Below are positions 19,569 to 30,559 of a stretch of 64,000 bases of DNA, piece by piece (positions within the stretch are counted from its first letter, which is position 1; each line of letters opens with the position of its first letter). Source of the stretch: an uncultured Gammaproteobacteria bacterium (GTDB taxonomy: Bacteria; Patescibacteriota; Patescibacteriia; UBA1558; 2-01-FULL-52-15); NCBI GenBank assembly GCA_964402565.1, contig CAYOCJ010000002.1, forward strand, positions 234,982-298,981, read 5' to 3'. The notes below the pieces were generated by a model. The model saw only the letters and a program-made list of their open reading frames with translations, did not search any database and had not been told where the DNA came from. A program made the translations under genes and the position numbers.

Positions 19569-20750
19569 TTACTCTTTGACTTCAGCTTCCTTTGCTGCCT
19601 TCTCTTTCTTCGTTTCAGTTTTTTCAGCCTTGGCAGTAGCTTTCTCTTTCGCTTTCTTCAGAGACAATCCCAATCGGTGATCATTCGGCTCTATAGATAC
19701 GATCTTGAACGAGTAGGATTCGCCGATCTTCACGACCTCGTCTGGATTCTTGATGGTCTTAGCTGAAAGCTCTGAAATGTGCGCAAGGCCATGGATATCT
19801 TCATCCAGCTCAACGAAAGCGCCGAACGGGTTTGTTTTCAGGATCTTGCCTTTCACGACATCACCGATCTTGTATTTCGCTGCGACTTCTTTCCACGGAT
19901 CGGCCTTCAATTTTTTCATAGAGAGCGAGACCTTGGTGTTCTGGATCGAAATGATCTCTGCCTCGACGACATCGCCGACCTTCACGATCTGTTTCGGGTC
20001 ATCGATGCGCTGCCACGCGAGTTCAGAAATATGGATCAATCCTTCCAACCCGTCGCCGAATTCGATGAATGCGCCGAAATCAACGACGCCCGTGATCTTG
20101 CCTTTCACTTTGTCGCCCACCTTGTACTGGGCGAGGACTGCTTTCTGCTTGTCATCCCAGGCTGCTTTCTCAGAAACGATCAATTTTTCGTCGCGCTCAT
20201 TGACGTCGATGATCTTCGTTTTCATTGCTTTATTCACGAAGGTCTTGAGATAGGCCAGGATCTTATTCTTATCGCCTCCCTCGATACGAGGATAATTTTC
20301 AGTGGTCAGTTGGGAAACCGGAAGGAAGCCGACGACATTGCCGACCTTCACCATGAGGCCGCCTTTATTTGCGTCTACGATCTTGCTCTCGACGACTGAA
20401 CCGTCGCGCATCATCTTTTCGAGTCCGTCCCATGCTTTCTGGTGACCTGCCTGGCGGAAGGAGAGTTCCATTTCGCCGCGTTCATTCTCAAGCTCGACGA
20501 CCGTTGCAATAGCCCGGTCGCCTACTTTTAGACCGGATGAATTATCGCTTTCATCCTCCAATTCTTTACCGCGGATCACACCGGTCGTAAGACCTGCAAT
20601 ATCGAGATAGACCTCGCTTTTTGAAGCGCTGATCACCGTTCCCTCGACGAGATCGCCGGGCTTAGGGAAATTAAGAGAATCCCCTTTACTTTTTAAGAGT
20701 AAATCCATTTCACGGACTTGCTCTTTTTCTTCGTGTACTTTCGTAGTCAT
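19569..20750 (-). CDS. rpsA: 30S ribosomal protein S1 (four S1 domains)
   Basis: Repeated FGAFIE...GLIHISEL and FGAFVE...GLAHISEL S1 motifs. Confidence 0.93.
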   Translation of the reverse strand: MTTKVHEEKEQVREMDLLLKSKGDSLNFPKPGDLVEGTVISASKSEVYLDIAGLTTGVIRGKELEDESDNSSGLKVGDRAIATVVELENERGEMELSFRQAGHQKAWDGLEKMMRDGSVVESKIVDANKGGLMVKVGNVVGFLPVSQLTTENYPRIEGGDKNKILAYLKTFVNKAMKTKIIDVNERDEKLIVSEKAAWDDKQKAVLAQYKVGDKVKGKITGVVDFGAFIEFGDGLEGLIHISELAWQRIDDPKQIVKVGDVVEAEIISIQNTKVSLSMKKLKADPWKEVAAKYKIGDVVKGKILKTNPFGAFVELDEDIHGLAHISELSAKTIKNPDEVVKIGESYSFKIVSIEPNDHRLGLSLKKAKEKATAKAEKTETKKEKAAKEAEVKE

Positions 20751-20990
20751 ATTGTTTTGGCTTCGCCCGGACCTTAAGATCCGACCGATGCCGATTAACC
20801 TATAGCTATGGGCTATAAGTTCTTATCAGGACCCAGGTGGCCCTGAAAGATCATTAATTAAGAAGCCGGCATACTGTACCTCAGTTCATGTATTTTGGCA
20901 AGTATGCTGGTGTTTCCCTCAGAAATGATGTTTTTAAAAAAAGCGCCCTGCCGCTCTCTTCGTCGCGTTTCGCGGGAAGTGAGGGCAGGG

Positions 20991-22061
20991 TTAGTAGATA
21001 TCGTCAAAGGTACCTTTAGGTGTACTGGTCGCATTCCCTTTCAGGAATCGCTTATTCCATTCAGCCGTTTCTTGTTCACGTTTTTTCTTGAGTTCCTGGC
21101 TCGCTTCGAGCAATGCTTGCTCTTTTTCTTTTTGAGCCTGGATCGCTCGTTCTTTCTCTCTTTCATTTCTCTTTTTGGCGCGCATCTGGACGATCGCCCG
21201 TGCAAGAAGCGGTTTTGCGGCCGCTTCGATTTGCCGGACACTTTCTCGTGTCACGTTGAGAGCTCTGGCGATCTCAGCATACGTGTATGTAGCGTTTCCC
21301 TTGAGACCGAAGCGGTGTTGAAGAACGAATCGCTGTCGGGGGCTTAATTTTTTTAAGCCCTCGTTGATTTCTCGATCAGCGTCTTGCTCTTCGATGACCG
21401 TAACCTGTTCGTTCAACTTTGGGCCGGCAAGAGTGTCGCCAATTTTGAAGTCGTCTTCGTGTCCGTGAATCGGCTCTTCCAGCTGCACTACCTTACGGTG
21501 CGCGAGTTGAAGAAGATTGCTTATCTTCAGGCTCACCTTCTCCAATCGAGCAGCTAGATCTTCAGACTTAGGGTTGCTCTCAAGCTCTTGCAGTAAGGAG
21601 CGTTCGTATTGCCGCAATGACGCCAGCCGGATGCGTTGTCCGACCGGTACGCGGATCGTCTCTACTTTCTCCGAAAGAGTTATTTTGATCTGTTTCCTGA
21701 CCCACCAGACCGCATAGGTCGTGAATTTGTTATTGTGGATCGAGGGGTTGAACCGCGTCGCTGCTTCCATGGCGCCGAGCATGGCCTCATTCACAAGGTC
21801 ATCCACCGAGAGACCTAAACCCTGATATTCTCTCGCAACCTGGATGAAGTAGCGAACATTGTGCAGCACGAGCAGCTGAAAAGCATTAAGGTTGCCGGCT
21901 TGTCCTTGCCGGGCAAGCTCGGCCTCCTCTTCCTTTGAGAGTATTTGGAGATGGCGTGTTGCTTTCATGATGAAGCTGATGCTGCCTTGAGAAATCTCAA
22001 TGCTAGCGCTTCGATCAGATGCCTTGCGAGGCGTCAGATCATCGAGTTTTTTGATGCTCAT
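20991..22061 (-). CDS. Sigma-70 family RNA polymerase sigma factor (RpoD/RpoS-like paralog, no region 1.1)
   Basis: LSKEEEAELA, DDLVNEAMLG, KFTTYAVWWVRKQI, region 4 TYAEIARALNVTRESVRQIE; charged C-terminal tail. Confidence 0.9.
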   Translation of the reverse strand: MSIKKLDDLTPRKASDRSASIEISQGSISFIMKATRHLQILSKEEEAELARQGQAGNLNAFQLLVLHNVRYFIQVAREYQGLGLSVDDLVNEAMLGAMEAATRFNPSIHNNKFTTYAVWWVRKQIKITLSEKVETIRVPVGQRIRLASLRQYERSLLQELESNPKSEDLAARLEKVSLKISNLLQLAHRKVVQLEEPIHGHEDDFKIGDTLAGPKLNEQVTVIEEQDADREINEGLKKLSPRQRFVLQHRFGLKGNATYTYAEIARALNVTRESVRQIEAAAKPLLARAIVQMRAKKRNEREKERAIQAQKEKEQALLEASQELKKKREQETAEWNKRFLKGNATSTPKGTFDDIY

Positions 22062-22248
22062 TTTGCCTCCAGGAAAGGGTTAGCTGCGCCTTCGTTTTTT
22101 GCAAAGAACTGGTACCGATAACTTCTACTATAGTTGGGCTATTTTAGCAAGTATTTACAAGGGTTTTTGGGGCCTTTAAACCTGTTTACTTTCCGTTTTT
22201 TTTATGCTACTATTATATGGTTAAAATTAGGTTTTCATATACTTTTTT

Positions 22249-22845
22249 ATGCAAATTTCGTGGTTAGGATATGGTGCGTTCCGGCTGCAAAGCGACGGCA
22301 CCGTTGTCATGATAAATCCAGTTGATCCCGCATACGGATTTAAGATAAATAAGCAGGGAGCAGATATTGTGATTACCACATCTGTCTCCGCAGAAGCACG
22401 CGAGGCCATCAGCGGATCGCCTTTTGTCATTGATGGGCCCGGCGAATATGAAGTAAAGTCTGTGTTCACCTACGGCGTAGCAAACAATGGATCGACGCTC
22501 TATATGATAAAAATGGACGATATCAGCGTTGCCTATATCGGCGCTATGAAACTGAAAGAATTGACTGATAAAGAACTTTCCGTACTAGAAGGCGCTGATA
22601 TTTTGATAGTACCGGTCGGCGGCGGTTCAGTGAACGGCCCGAAAGAAGCGGCAACGATCATCAACCAGATCGAGCCCCGCATCGTGATCCCGGCATATTT
22701 CAAGATCTCGGGGAGCAAAGGCTTAGAAAGCGTCGAGTCATTCCTGAAAGAGTACTCAGCGCCGCATGAGGCAATGGATAAACTGAAGATCAGCAAGAAA
22801 GATCTGATGTCAGAGGATACGAAAGTAGTAGTACTAAAGAATTAA
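22249..22845 (+). CDS. MBL-fold (Lactamase_B_3-like) protein with degenerate metal motifs
   Basis: ISWLG..., [26 protein letters not shown]; the usual His ligands are absent. Confidence 0.8.
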   Translation: MQISWLGYGAFRLQSDGTVVMINPVDPAYGFKINKQGADIVITTSVSAEAREAISGSPFVIDGPGEYEVKSVFTYGVANNGSTLYMIKMDDISVAYIGAMKLKELTDKELSVLEGADILIVPVGGGSVNGPKEAATIINQIEPRIVIPAYFKISGSKGLESVESFLKEYSAPHEAMDKLKISKKDLMSEDTKVVVLKN

Positions 22846-22846
22846 C

Positions 22847-25330
22847 ATGGCGAAACCGAAAAAAACAATTGTGACTCCGGAACTGGAGGCGCCAAAGCAT
22901 CAGGTGTCAGAGCAATCCATCGTTCAGGAGATGGAAGTTTCGTATCTGGACTATGCGATGAGCGTTATCGTGTCGCGTGCATTGCCGGATGTGCGTGATG
23001 GCTTGAAGCCGGTACATCGCAGAATTCTCTATGCGATGTGGACCTTGGGTTTGCGGGCGGGAGGTCGTTTCAGAAAGTCGGCAACGGTTGTCGGTGAAGT
23101 GCTTGGTAAATATCATCCGCATGGCGACTCGGCAGTTTATGACTCCATGGTGCGCATGGCGCAGGACTTCGCTTTGCGCTATCCGCTTGTACATGGGCAA
23201 GGCAACTTCGGTTCGATGGACGGCGACAATGCGGCTGCTATGCGTTATACCGAAGCAAAGCTGTTTGGCATTGCTGAAGAAATGCTTTTTGACATTGAGA
23301 AGAATACGGTTAATTTCGTTCCGAATTATGACAATTCTCAGAAAGAGCCTGAAGTATTACCAGCGAAACTGCCAAACTTACTCTTGAATGGCGGTGTTGG
23401 CATTGCGGTCGGTATGGCCACCAGCATTCCGCCGCATAATTTGCGAGAATTGATCGGCGCCATACAATGCCTGATAAAAAATCCTGACGCTTCGATCGAT
23501 GACTTGATGGAATTCGTGAAAGGCCCTGATTTCCCGACTGGCGGCGTCATTTATGACATCAGGGAGATCAAAGCAGCCTTTGCCACAGGGAAGGGTAAGA
23601 TCGTGATGCGCGGCGAAGCTGAGATCTCTGAGCTGAAGAACGGGCAATTCGTTATTATCATTACCTCCGTTCCGTATCAGGTGAACAAAGCTTCGATGAT
23701 TGAGAGAATGGCAGAGCTGGTCCGTGATAAGAAAATCGAAGGCATCAAAGACATCCGTGACGAATCGAACAAGGATGGCGTCCGTATCGTCATTGAACTC
23801 AAGAAAGATACCTATCCGAAGAAGATCCTGAACAACCTCTACAAGTATACCCAGCTGCAGGAGTCATTTCACGTGAACATGCTTGCATTGGTGGACGGCA
23901 TCCAGCCGCGCGTCCTTACGCTAAAAACTGCCCTTGAAGAATATATCAAGTATCGCAAGGAAGTGGTCCGTAAGCGAACGCAATTTGACCTGGATAAAGC
24001 AAAGGATAGGGCTCATATACTCGAGGGTTTGTGTATTGCCCTGGATAAGATCGACGCAGTCATCAAGGTCATCCGCGCTTCGAAGGATAAGGATGTCGCG
24101 AAGACGAACTTGATGCAGAAGTTCAAGCTGACCGAGCGTCAGGCCGTTGCGATCCTGGAAATGCGTCTGCAGAACCTGGCAAATCTCGAACGCTTGAAGA
24201 TCGAGGGTGAATTGAAAGAAAAAAATGCCTTGATCAAGGAATTAGAATCTATCCTGAAGAGCCCTGCAAAGATCACGAAGGTTATTTCAGATGATCTGGA
24301 GGCCATGGGAGAGAAGTATGGCGATGAACGAAGGACCAAGGTGGTGAAATCGGCGGTTGGCGAAATGTCTACCGAAGATCTGATCCCGAATGAATCGACC
24401 ATTGTGACCATCACGCATGATGGGTATATCAAACGGTTGTCTCCGGACACGTTCAAGTCACAAGGGCGCGGCGGCAAAGGTGTTATCGGCCTCACCACGA
24501 AAGAAGAAGACGAAGTCGAACATTTCTTCAGCACGAATACGCATAATGACCTGATGTTCTTCACGAGCCGCGGCCGCGTATTCCAGCTCAAGACCTATGA
24601 AATTCCACAGGCATCACGAACAGCAAAGGGACAGAACATCGTGAATTTCCTCCAGCTCGGGCCGGAAGAGAAAGTAAGTTCTGTGTTGACCGGCGAAGAT
24701 TTCTCGGCATTCAAATTCTTCATCATGGTGACGCGGGCCGGTGTTATCAAGAAAGTAGAGATCGAGAAATTCTCTAATGTACGCCGTTCAGGCTTGATCG
24801 CTTTGAAATTAAAGGGCGACGACACATTGGAATGGGTGAAGATGTCTGCAGGCAATGATGACATCATGCTCATCTCACACGATGGCCAGGCAATCCGGTT
24901 CAAAGAGAAGATGTTGCGGCCCATGGGCAGGAATGCTTCCGGCGTGCGCGGTATGCGCCTCAGGAAAGGCGATACGATCGTTGGCATGGATTTGGTCGCT
25001 GACGGCAAGGCAAAGCCATCGGAGCAGTTGATGACGGTTATGGCCAATGGCTTCGGCAAGCGCACTAAGCTCAGTGAATATAAAGTACAAGGCAGAGGAG
25101 GCTCTGGCATCAAGACAGCTCAAATTACTTCAAAGACCGGTCCTATCAGCGCGGCCATGGTTGTCGATGGCAGCCGAGAAAAGGAAGATCTTATTATCAT
25201 TTCGAAAATGGGCCAGGTCATTCGCCTGCCTATCGGTTCGGTGAATAGCTCCGGACGCGCAACGCAGGGTGTACGGCTCATGCGTTTCAAGGATGCGAAG
25301 GATCAGATCTCCAGCGTGGTGCTGATTTAA
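22847..25330 (+). CDS. gyrA: DNA gyrase subunit A
   Basis: [29 protein letters not shown], GyrA-box QGRGGKG. Confidence 0.99.
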   Translation: MAKPKKTIVTPELEAPKHQVSEQSIVQEMEVSYLDYAMSVIVSRALPDVRDGLKPVHRRILYAMWTLGLRAGGRFRKSATVVGEVLGKYHPHGDSAVYDSMVRMAQDFALRYPLVHGQGNFGSMDGDNAAAMRYTEAKLFGIAEEMLFDIEKNTVNFVPNYDNSQKEPEVLPAKLPNLLLNGGVGIAVGMATSIPPHNLRELIGAIQCLIKNPDASIDDLMEFVKGPDFPTGGVIYDIREIKAAFATGKGKIVMRGEAEISELKNGQFVIIITSVPYQVNKASMIERMAELVRDKKIEGIKDIRDESNKDGVRIVIELKKDTYPKKILNNLYKYTQLQESFHVNMLALVDGIQPRVLTLKTALEEYIKYRKEVVRKRTQFDLDKAKDRAHILEGLCIALDKIDAVIKVIRASKDKDVAKTNLMQKFKLTERQAVAILEMRLQNLANLERLKIEGELKEKNALIKELESILKSPAKITKVISDDLEAMGEKYGDERRTKVVKSAVGEMSTEDLIPNESTIVTITHDGYIKRLSPDTFKSQGRGGKGVIGLTTKEEDEVEHFFSTNTHNDLMFFTSRGRVFQLKTYEIPQASRTAKGQNIVNFLQLGPEEKVSSVLTGEDFSAFKFFIMVTRAGVIKKVEIEKFSNVRRSGLIALKLKGDDTLEWVKMSAGNDDIMLISHDGQAIRFKEKMLRPMGRNASGVRGMRLRKGDTIVGMDLVADGKAKPSEQLMTVMANGFGKRTKLSEYKVQGRGGSGIKTAQITSKTGPISAAMVVDGSREKEDLIIISKMGQVIRLPIGSVNSSGRATQGVRLMRFKDAKDQISSVVLI

Positions 25331-25360
25331 AAGTCATCTAAAGTGTGCTAAAGTAACTGT

Positions 25361-25759
25361 ATGAAACTTCGTGCAGATACTATCATCGCGTCATTTGTAG
25401 TAGCGCTGTTTTCGTCTTTTCTGACTGCTTTAGCGGTGCTTCTGGTCCGCACCTTGTCGATATCTACGTTCAAGATCAAATTTTTAGGCGATCTGGTAGC
25501 AAATATCTATATCTTATTTTTCCTGAGCGGGTTCGTGTTTTTTAAAGGCTCAAGTATCGCAGCCTGGCTTGTCTATCGCCATGACGTTGCATGGGGGTAT
25601 AAGCTTGAAATGGGCAAGGTTATGCCGATCTTCATACTTTCATTTACCATGGCTGTCTCGATCTATCTCGCCATCTATTTTTATCTGGCGACGGAAATCA
25701 AATTTCTGTCCTACGTGGAAAACCCGCGAGCTCTCATACAACACCAGCAAAAACTGTAG
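25361..25759 (+). CDS. Hypothetical membrane protein
   Basis: Three hydrophobic segments between gyrA and ruvB. Confidence 0.7.
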   Translation: MKLRADTIIASFVVALFSSFLTALAVLLVRTLSISTFKIKFLGDLVANIYILFFLSGFVFFKGSSIAAWLVYRHDVAWGYKLEMGKVMPIFILSFTMAVSIYLAIYFYLATEIKFLSYVENPRALIQHQQKL

Positions 25760-25825
25760 TTCTTGTGTACATCGCGTCTTGCCGATGCGTGCTGAGCATG
25801 CTAGGCTTTGGGCACATGAACGGTA

Positions 25826-26884
25826 TTGATTATGGCAGATAGCACTGACACATTATCAGTAGAAGATAAGCAGCTGCTCAATGCACGCGAGCTGAAGGAG
25901 GACAAGACCTGGGATCTGACTTTGCGTCCGAGGTCATTGAACGATTATATCGGCCAGGACCAGGTCAAGGAGAATCTGAAGATCTTTCTGGCTGCAGCGA
26001 AAAAACGCGGGGAGCCTATTGAGCATGTGCTTGTCTATGGACCTCCTGGTCTGGGTAAAACTACCCTTGCGCACATCATCGCAAAAGAAATGGACGCTGC
26101 TATCCGCGTCACGTCTGGGACTGCGGTGACAAAAGCCGGCGACCTTGCTGCATTGCTTACGAATTTACAGGAAGGCGATATCCTTTTCATTGATGAGATC
26201 CATCGATTGCCAAAGAATATAGAGGAAGTGCTCTATCCAGCCATGGAGGATTTTGTACTCGATATTGTCTTGGGCAAAGGACCCTCGGCGCAGGTCGTGC
26301 GGCTGAATTTGCCCCGCTTTACGATCATAGGCGCTACGACTCGCTACAATTTGCTTTCGTCGCCGCTGCGCGACCGTTTCGGGGTGACCTATCGACTGGA
26401 TTTTTACCGCAAGGAAGATATTGCGCATATCATCAAGCGTTCAGCTCAGCTGCTCGGCATCAAAATTGACGATGAAGCTGCTCAGGAGATCTCGAAACGC
26501 AGCCGCGCAACCCCGCGCGTGGCAAATCGCATCTTGAAGCGGGTCAGAGACTTCTCGCAGGTGAAAGGTGATGGAGCGCGGATCACCGAGGCTCAGGTCA
26601 AATCGGCGCTCGACATGCTTGCCGTCGATCACATGGGCTTAGAAGAGCTCGACCGGAAAGTGCTGCGCGCTATTGTCGAGCATTTCAACGGCGGGCCAGT
26701 AGGCCTTTCCAATGTAGCAGCCATCGTGCAGGAAGATTCGGGCACTATAGAGGAAGTGTATGAGCCATATTTGATGCAGCTGGGTTTTCTTGCGCGCACT
26801 TCGCGCGGACGCGTCGTAACCGAGCGCGGCTACGAGCATATCGGAGTAAAACCGCCAACCGATCTGAGTACCCGTTTACTCTAA
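25826..26884 (+). CDS. ruvB: Holliday junction branch-migration helicase RuvB
   Basis: [48 protein letters not shown]. Confidence 0.98.
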   Translation: MIMADSTDTLSVEDKQLLNARELKEDKTWDLTLRPRSLNDYIGQDQVKENLKIFLAAAKKRGEPIEHVLVYGPPGLGKTTLAHIIAKEMDAAIRVTSGTAVTKAGDLAALLTNLQEGDILFIDEIHRLPKNIEEVLYPAMEDFVLDIVLGKGPSAQVVRLNLPRFTIIGATTRYNLLSSPLRDRFGVTYRLDFYRKEDIAHIIKRSAQLLGIKIDDEAAQEISKRSRATPRVANRILKRVRDFSQVKGDGARITEAQVKSALDMLAVDHMGLEELDRKVLRAIVEHFNGGPVGLSNVAAIVQEDSGTIEEVYEPYLMQLGFLARTSRGRVVTERGYEHIGVKPPTDLSTRLL

Positions 26885-26888
26885 CTAT

Positions 26889-27131
26889 ATGGCATCATTT
26901 GAAACACCAGAGGATCATGTTCGGGAGCAATTCGAATTAAGCATCGCAGCTTCTCAGCGACGTATCGATGCAGCCAATGATGCGCTCAGGGGTTCTCTGA
27001 GCGAAGGCGAACGAATCCGCATGGCACAAGAACTGCACGAAGCAACGCTTGAACTTCGCGGGTTTCAGGAAACGCTTGATAGCATGTATGGAGAAAAACC
27101 AGCAGAGCAGGAAACTGAGGTTTCAGGCTAG
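26889..27131 (+). CDS. Small acidic helical hypothetical protein
   Basis: 80-aa ORF starting 4 nt after ruvB. Confidence 0.6.
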   Translation: MASFETPEDHVREQFELSIAASQRRIDAANDALRGSLSEGERIRMAQELHEATLELRGFQETLDSMYGEKPAEQETEVSG

Positions 27132-27830
27132 TTTCGGCAATGCGTCGGTAATGACGTGGTACTGGTTCCAATTCATCGGGTTCACGAGTACCTGAATGGA
27201 TTTTTCTTGTAAGTAGGGACTGGGATCATATGGCAGTCCGTCGCTCATAAAGATATATACTTTATTGTCTGTAGGGTTTAAATATTGCGCTCGAATTTGC
27301 CACGCGACGGTGTGTGAAGAAAATGAACCCTGCGGTGTGGAGGTTATGGGCTGTATGTCCATGACTGTTGCAGTAATGCGTGTTCCGGTCGACTCAAGTT
27401 GCTGCACTTCCTTTTTACGTTTATGGAGAAATAGAATGAAGAATGAAGTAATTCCAATGAGTATAATGCCAACAATGGTCATAACGACAGAGCTCGTGTA
27501 TGCGCCAAGAGCATTATTTTTAATCATTGCGTTTCGAGGATTTACCGGATCGTAAAGAATTTCAAGCATCGTACCGACAGGGTAATCAGGAGTATTCTGA
27601 GCAGTAAATCGTTCGGGCTCATTATTTTGCAGTTGAAATTCAATGATCGAATTATACGTAATTTTATCCTTAGTACTCTGTCGATCAACTAGTACAACCT
27701 TTCCATTGGTCGTAATTCCAATTTTTTGCAGTCGTTGAACGTTTAGATACCCTGAAATACCAAAATAAATAAAAAGACCAGCGATTGCAATGAAAAAAAA
27801 TGCCCCGGCGTGGCTGTAGATTTTTTTCAT
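27123..27830 (-). CDS. DUF3592-like membrane protein
   Basis: TM, beta domain (YPVGTMLEILYDPVNP), TM, then a second similar domain. Confidence 0.8.
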   Translation of the reverse strand: MKKIYSHAGAFFFIAIAGLFIYFGISGYLNVQRLQKIGITTNGKVVLVDRQSTKDKITYNSIIEFQLQNNEPERFTAQNTPDYPVGTMLEILYDPVNPRNAMIKNNALGAYTSSVVMTIVGIILIGITSFFILFLHKRKKEVQQLESTGTRITATVMDIQPITSTPQGSFSSHTVAWQIRAQYLNPTDNKVYIFMSDGLPYDPSPYLQEKSIQVLVNPMNWNQYHVITDALPKLA

Positions 27831-27845
27831 AGGTGAAATGTTTAT

Positions 27846-28910
27846 TTAGGCATTAAAGTGGAAATGCACTACGTCGCCATCCTGGATGACATAGTCCTTC
27901 CCTTCCATGCGTAGTGTACCCAATTCCTTCGCCTTCGTCCACGAACCGGCATTGAGCAGCGCCTGACAATTGATGACCTCGGCCCGGATAAAACCTTTTT
28001 CAAAATCAGTATGAATGACGCCAGCTGCCTGTGGCGCTTTTGATCCACGGACCACGGTCCATGCTTTGCTTTCCATAGGACCGGTCGTGATGAAACTGAT
28101 CAGACGGAGGAGTTTGTAACTTTTTGCGATCAATTGATTGAGGCCTGTATCTGCAATACCAAGCTCTTTCAAAAAGTTCGGCAACTCTTCAGCCGGGACT
28201 TCTGCCAGTTCAGATTCCAGCTTGGCGCAGATCTTTACAGCGTTAGCAGGCATCGGGATATCTTTCTTCAGCTCTTCTTCACTGACATTATAGGCATAGA
28301 TGAGCGGTTTCAGGCTCAGAAGTTTATATTGCTTCAGGACAATGCGCTCCTCATCGGACCAGTCGACATTATAGAGCATTCGATGCTCTTTAAGATTTTT
28401 CACGACCTTCTCGAGTAATTCGTCTTCAGCGATCAGGTCAGCAGTTTTTGGCCCTTTGAGCTGGTCTTTCACTCGGGCAAGTCGCTTCTCGACGATTTCT
28501 AAATCTGCGATCATGAGTTCGAGGTTAATGACCTGGGTGTCTTCTTCAGGATTCACCTTTCCGTGCACATGTATCACATTGGGATCCTGGAAAGTCCTGA
28601 CTACTTGCACCAAAGCATCTACTTCGCGGATATGGCTCAAGAATTTATTTCCTAAACCCTCTCCCTGCGATGCTCCTTTCACTAAACCGGCTATATCGAC
28701 GAATTCGATGGTCGTCGGCACTATTTTTTCAGATTTAGAAAGCACGGCCAGCTGGTCCAGTCGTTCGTCCGGCACGGCGACAACGCCGACATTCGGATCG
28801 ATAGTGCAGAACGGATAATTGGCCGCGTCGACTTTCTTTTTTGTCAGTGCCTGAAACAAGGTCGATTTACCGACATTGGGCAGTCCTATGATTCCGAGTT
28901 GTAAGGCCAT
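27846..28910 (-). CDS. ychF: Redox-regulated ATPase YchF
   Basis: GIIGLPNVGKSTLF, NYPFCTIDPN, DIAGLVKGASQGEGLGNKFL, TGS domain; start set at MALQLG (28910). Confidence 0.97.
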   Translation of the reverse strand: MALQLGIIGLPNVGKSTLFQALTKKKVDAANYPFCTIDPNVGVVAVPDERLDQLAVLSKSEKIVPTTIEFVDIAGLVKGASQGEGLGNKFLSHIREVDALVQVVRTFQDPNVIHVHGKVNPEEDTQVINLELMIADLEIVEKRLARVKDQLKGPKTADLIAEDELLEKVVKNLKEHRMLYNVDWSDEERIVLKQYKLLSLKPLIYAYNVSEEELKKDIPMPANAVKICAKLESELAEVPAEELPNFLKELGIADTGLNQLIAKSYKLLRLISFITTGPMESKAWTVVRGSKAPQAAGVIHTDFEKGFIRAEVINCQALLNAGSWTKAKELGTLRMEGKDYVIQDGDVVHFHFNA

Positions 28911-29001
28911 AGTTCGAGTAAATAACGTGAGCAGTGTACGTTTCGACGGGGCTTTTGTCAATCCAATTGCTACGGCGAGCATCAAAGATGTTTTTTGAAT
29001 T

Positions 29002-29049
29002 TGAGCCGTCACGACGGCGCTTGACTGATTCATAAGAATACAGTATTCT
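29002..29049 (+). promoter_or_regulatory. Palindromic operator-like site plus promoter of the left AspRS gene
   Basis: TGAGCCGTCACGACGGCGC (29002-29020) abuts TTGACT-17-TATTCT (29021-29049). Confidence 0.65.
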
Positions 29050-29151
29050 GCAACGTTCATTGCTAGTGTTCAAACGAACCAAAGCCACGATCCTTTACAA
29101 GACCAATAAAGCTACGAAACGCATCAATACCGATGCCAGAGAGGATGAGTC

Positions 29152-30468
29152 ATGAATCAAATCAGACCGGACACGCGGAAACCGGTGAAAGCCTCGGAGC
29201 TCGCCGGTATGGCGGGACGGTGTGTCGAGGTTACCGGCTTTGTCCATCAGATCCGTAAGGTCGGTGGACTCCACTTCGTACTTCTCAGGACCAATGACTC
29301 GGTGATTCAGTGCACCAACGAGCCTGCGGAGAGCACGGTTGATCCTGCTCGCTACACGGTCGGCAACTATGTTGTTGTTCGCGGTGTCGTGAGAGCTGAA
29401 GAGCAGGCCCGTCATGGGGCCGAAATCGTGCTCAGCGAAATCGATGTGCTGACTTTGCCGACAGCTTTGCCGCCGTTCGCTCTCAACAAGAAGGAACTTA
29501 AAGCCGAACTGGGGGCTATACTGGACTATCGTCCGGTCAGTCTCCGCCACTCGAAGCAGCGGGCAATCTTCAGAGTCCAGGCAGCTCTGGCTCAGCTGTT
29601 TCGCGAAGCACTGCTCGCAGTTGGGTTCACCGAGATCCATTCACCCAAAATCGTCTTCGCTGGAGCCGAAGGCGGCGCAAACGTCTTTAAGCTCGACTAC
29701 TTCGGGGAGACGGTCTGTCTTGCACAGAGCCCACAGTTCTACAAGCAGATGATGGTCGGGGTTTATGGCCGAGTGTGCGAGATCGGGCCTGTTTTCAGGG
29801 CTGAGAGCCACTCGACATCGCGCCATCTGAATGAGTACATGTCGCTCGACTTGGAGATGGGACCGATTGCAGGTTTCACGGATGTCATGGCGGTCGAGGC
29901 ATATGTCATTCAGCACATGCTTTCTCGGATCAGCGAGCTGTGTCCGCAGGAACTGGAGTTGCTCGAAGCGAAGGTTCCGAAGATCGAGTCGATTCCCGCC
30001 ATAAGGATGTCCGAAGCGCTTGATATCGTCGGCAGATCCAGAACCGAGTATGATCGGACGGATCTTGACGCTGAGGGCGAACGGCTCGTCTGTGGGCATG
30101 TACAGGAACAGACCGGAAGCGAATTTGTCTTCGTGACCCACTATCCGCGGTCGAAGCGGCCGGTCTACGCCATGGACGATCCCGAGGATCCGGAGCTGAC
30201 ACTCAGTTTCGACTTGCTCTTCAGGGGGCTCGAGATCACGACTGGTGGCCAGCGGATTCACGGGTACGACGAGCAGGTTCAGAAGCTCAAAGATTTTGGC
30301 ATGAAGCCAGGCCAATTCGAGAGCTTCCTGCTCATGCACAAGCACGGCATGCCGCCGCACGGCGGCCTCGCCATCGGACTGGAACGCCTGACGATGCTTC
30401 TGCTGGGACTGTCCAGCGTCAAGGAGACGAGTCTCTTCCCGAGGACCGTCGATCGCATCACACCGTAG
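29152..30468 (+). CDS. aspS: Archaeal/AspRS2-type (probably non-discriminating) aspartate--tRNA ligase
   Basis: OB-fold GFVHQIR; LAQSPQFYKQMM; motif 2 GPVFRAESHSTSRHLNEY; EITTGGQRIH; motif 3 GMPPHGGLAIGLERL; 438 aa with no GAD insert. Confidence 0.92.
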   Translation: MNQIRPDTRKPVKASELAGMAGRCVEVTGFVHQIRKVGGLHFVLLRTNDSVIQCTNEPAESTVDPARYTVGNYVVVRGVVRAEEQARHGAEIVLSEIDVLTLPTALPPFALNKKELKAELGAILDYRPVSLRHSKQRAIFRVQAALAQLFREALLAVGFTEIHSPKIVFAGAEGGANVFKLDYFGETVCLAQSPQFYKQMMVGVYGRVCEIGPVFRAESHSTSRHLNEYMSLDLEMGPIAGFTDVMAVEAYVIQHMLSRISELCPQELELLEAKVPKIESIPAIRMSEALDIVGRSRTEYDRTDLDAEGERLVCGHVQEQTGSEFVFVTHYPRSKRPVYAMDDPEDPELTLSFDLLFRGLEITTGGQRIHGYDEQVQKLKDFGMKPGQFESFLLMHKHGMPPHGGLAIGLERLTMLLLGLSSVKETSLFPRTVDRITP

Positions 30469-30488
30469 CGGAACTTGGTCTTGTTTTC

Positions 30489-30524
30489 AGGGGCAGCCTG
30501 CGTGGTTGCCCCTGTTTCTTTTTC
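30489..30524 (+). terminator. Intrinsic terminator after aspS
   Basis: AGGGGCAGCC-TGCGT-GGTTGCCCCT followed by GTTTCTTTTT. Confidence 0.75.
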
Positions 30525-30559
30525 AAATGAACCAGCGTGGTATAATAACGTAACTAAAT

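Noticed and set aside
28911-29060. N-terminal extension of YchF in the ORF track; similar extensions on glyA, the S66 gene and the HAD gene
   Set aside because: Longest-ORF artefacts running through promoter or repeat sequence; conserved N-termini start at downstream ATGs.
29095-30360. Adjacent minus-strand ORFs of 181 and 239 aa
   Set aside because: Antisense to the well-conserved AspRS gene; expected from its GC-rich codon bias.
30527-30553. Mini-ORF MNQRGIIT as a possible MccA-like precursor peptide
   Set aside because: It overlaps the operon's -10 box, has no SD and does not end in Asn; no MccB/ThiF adenylase is in the window.
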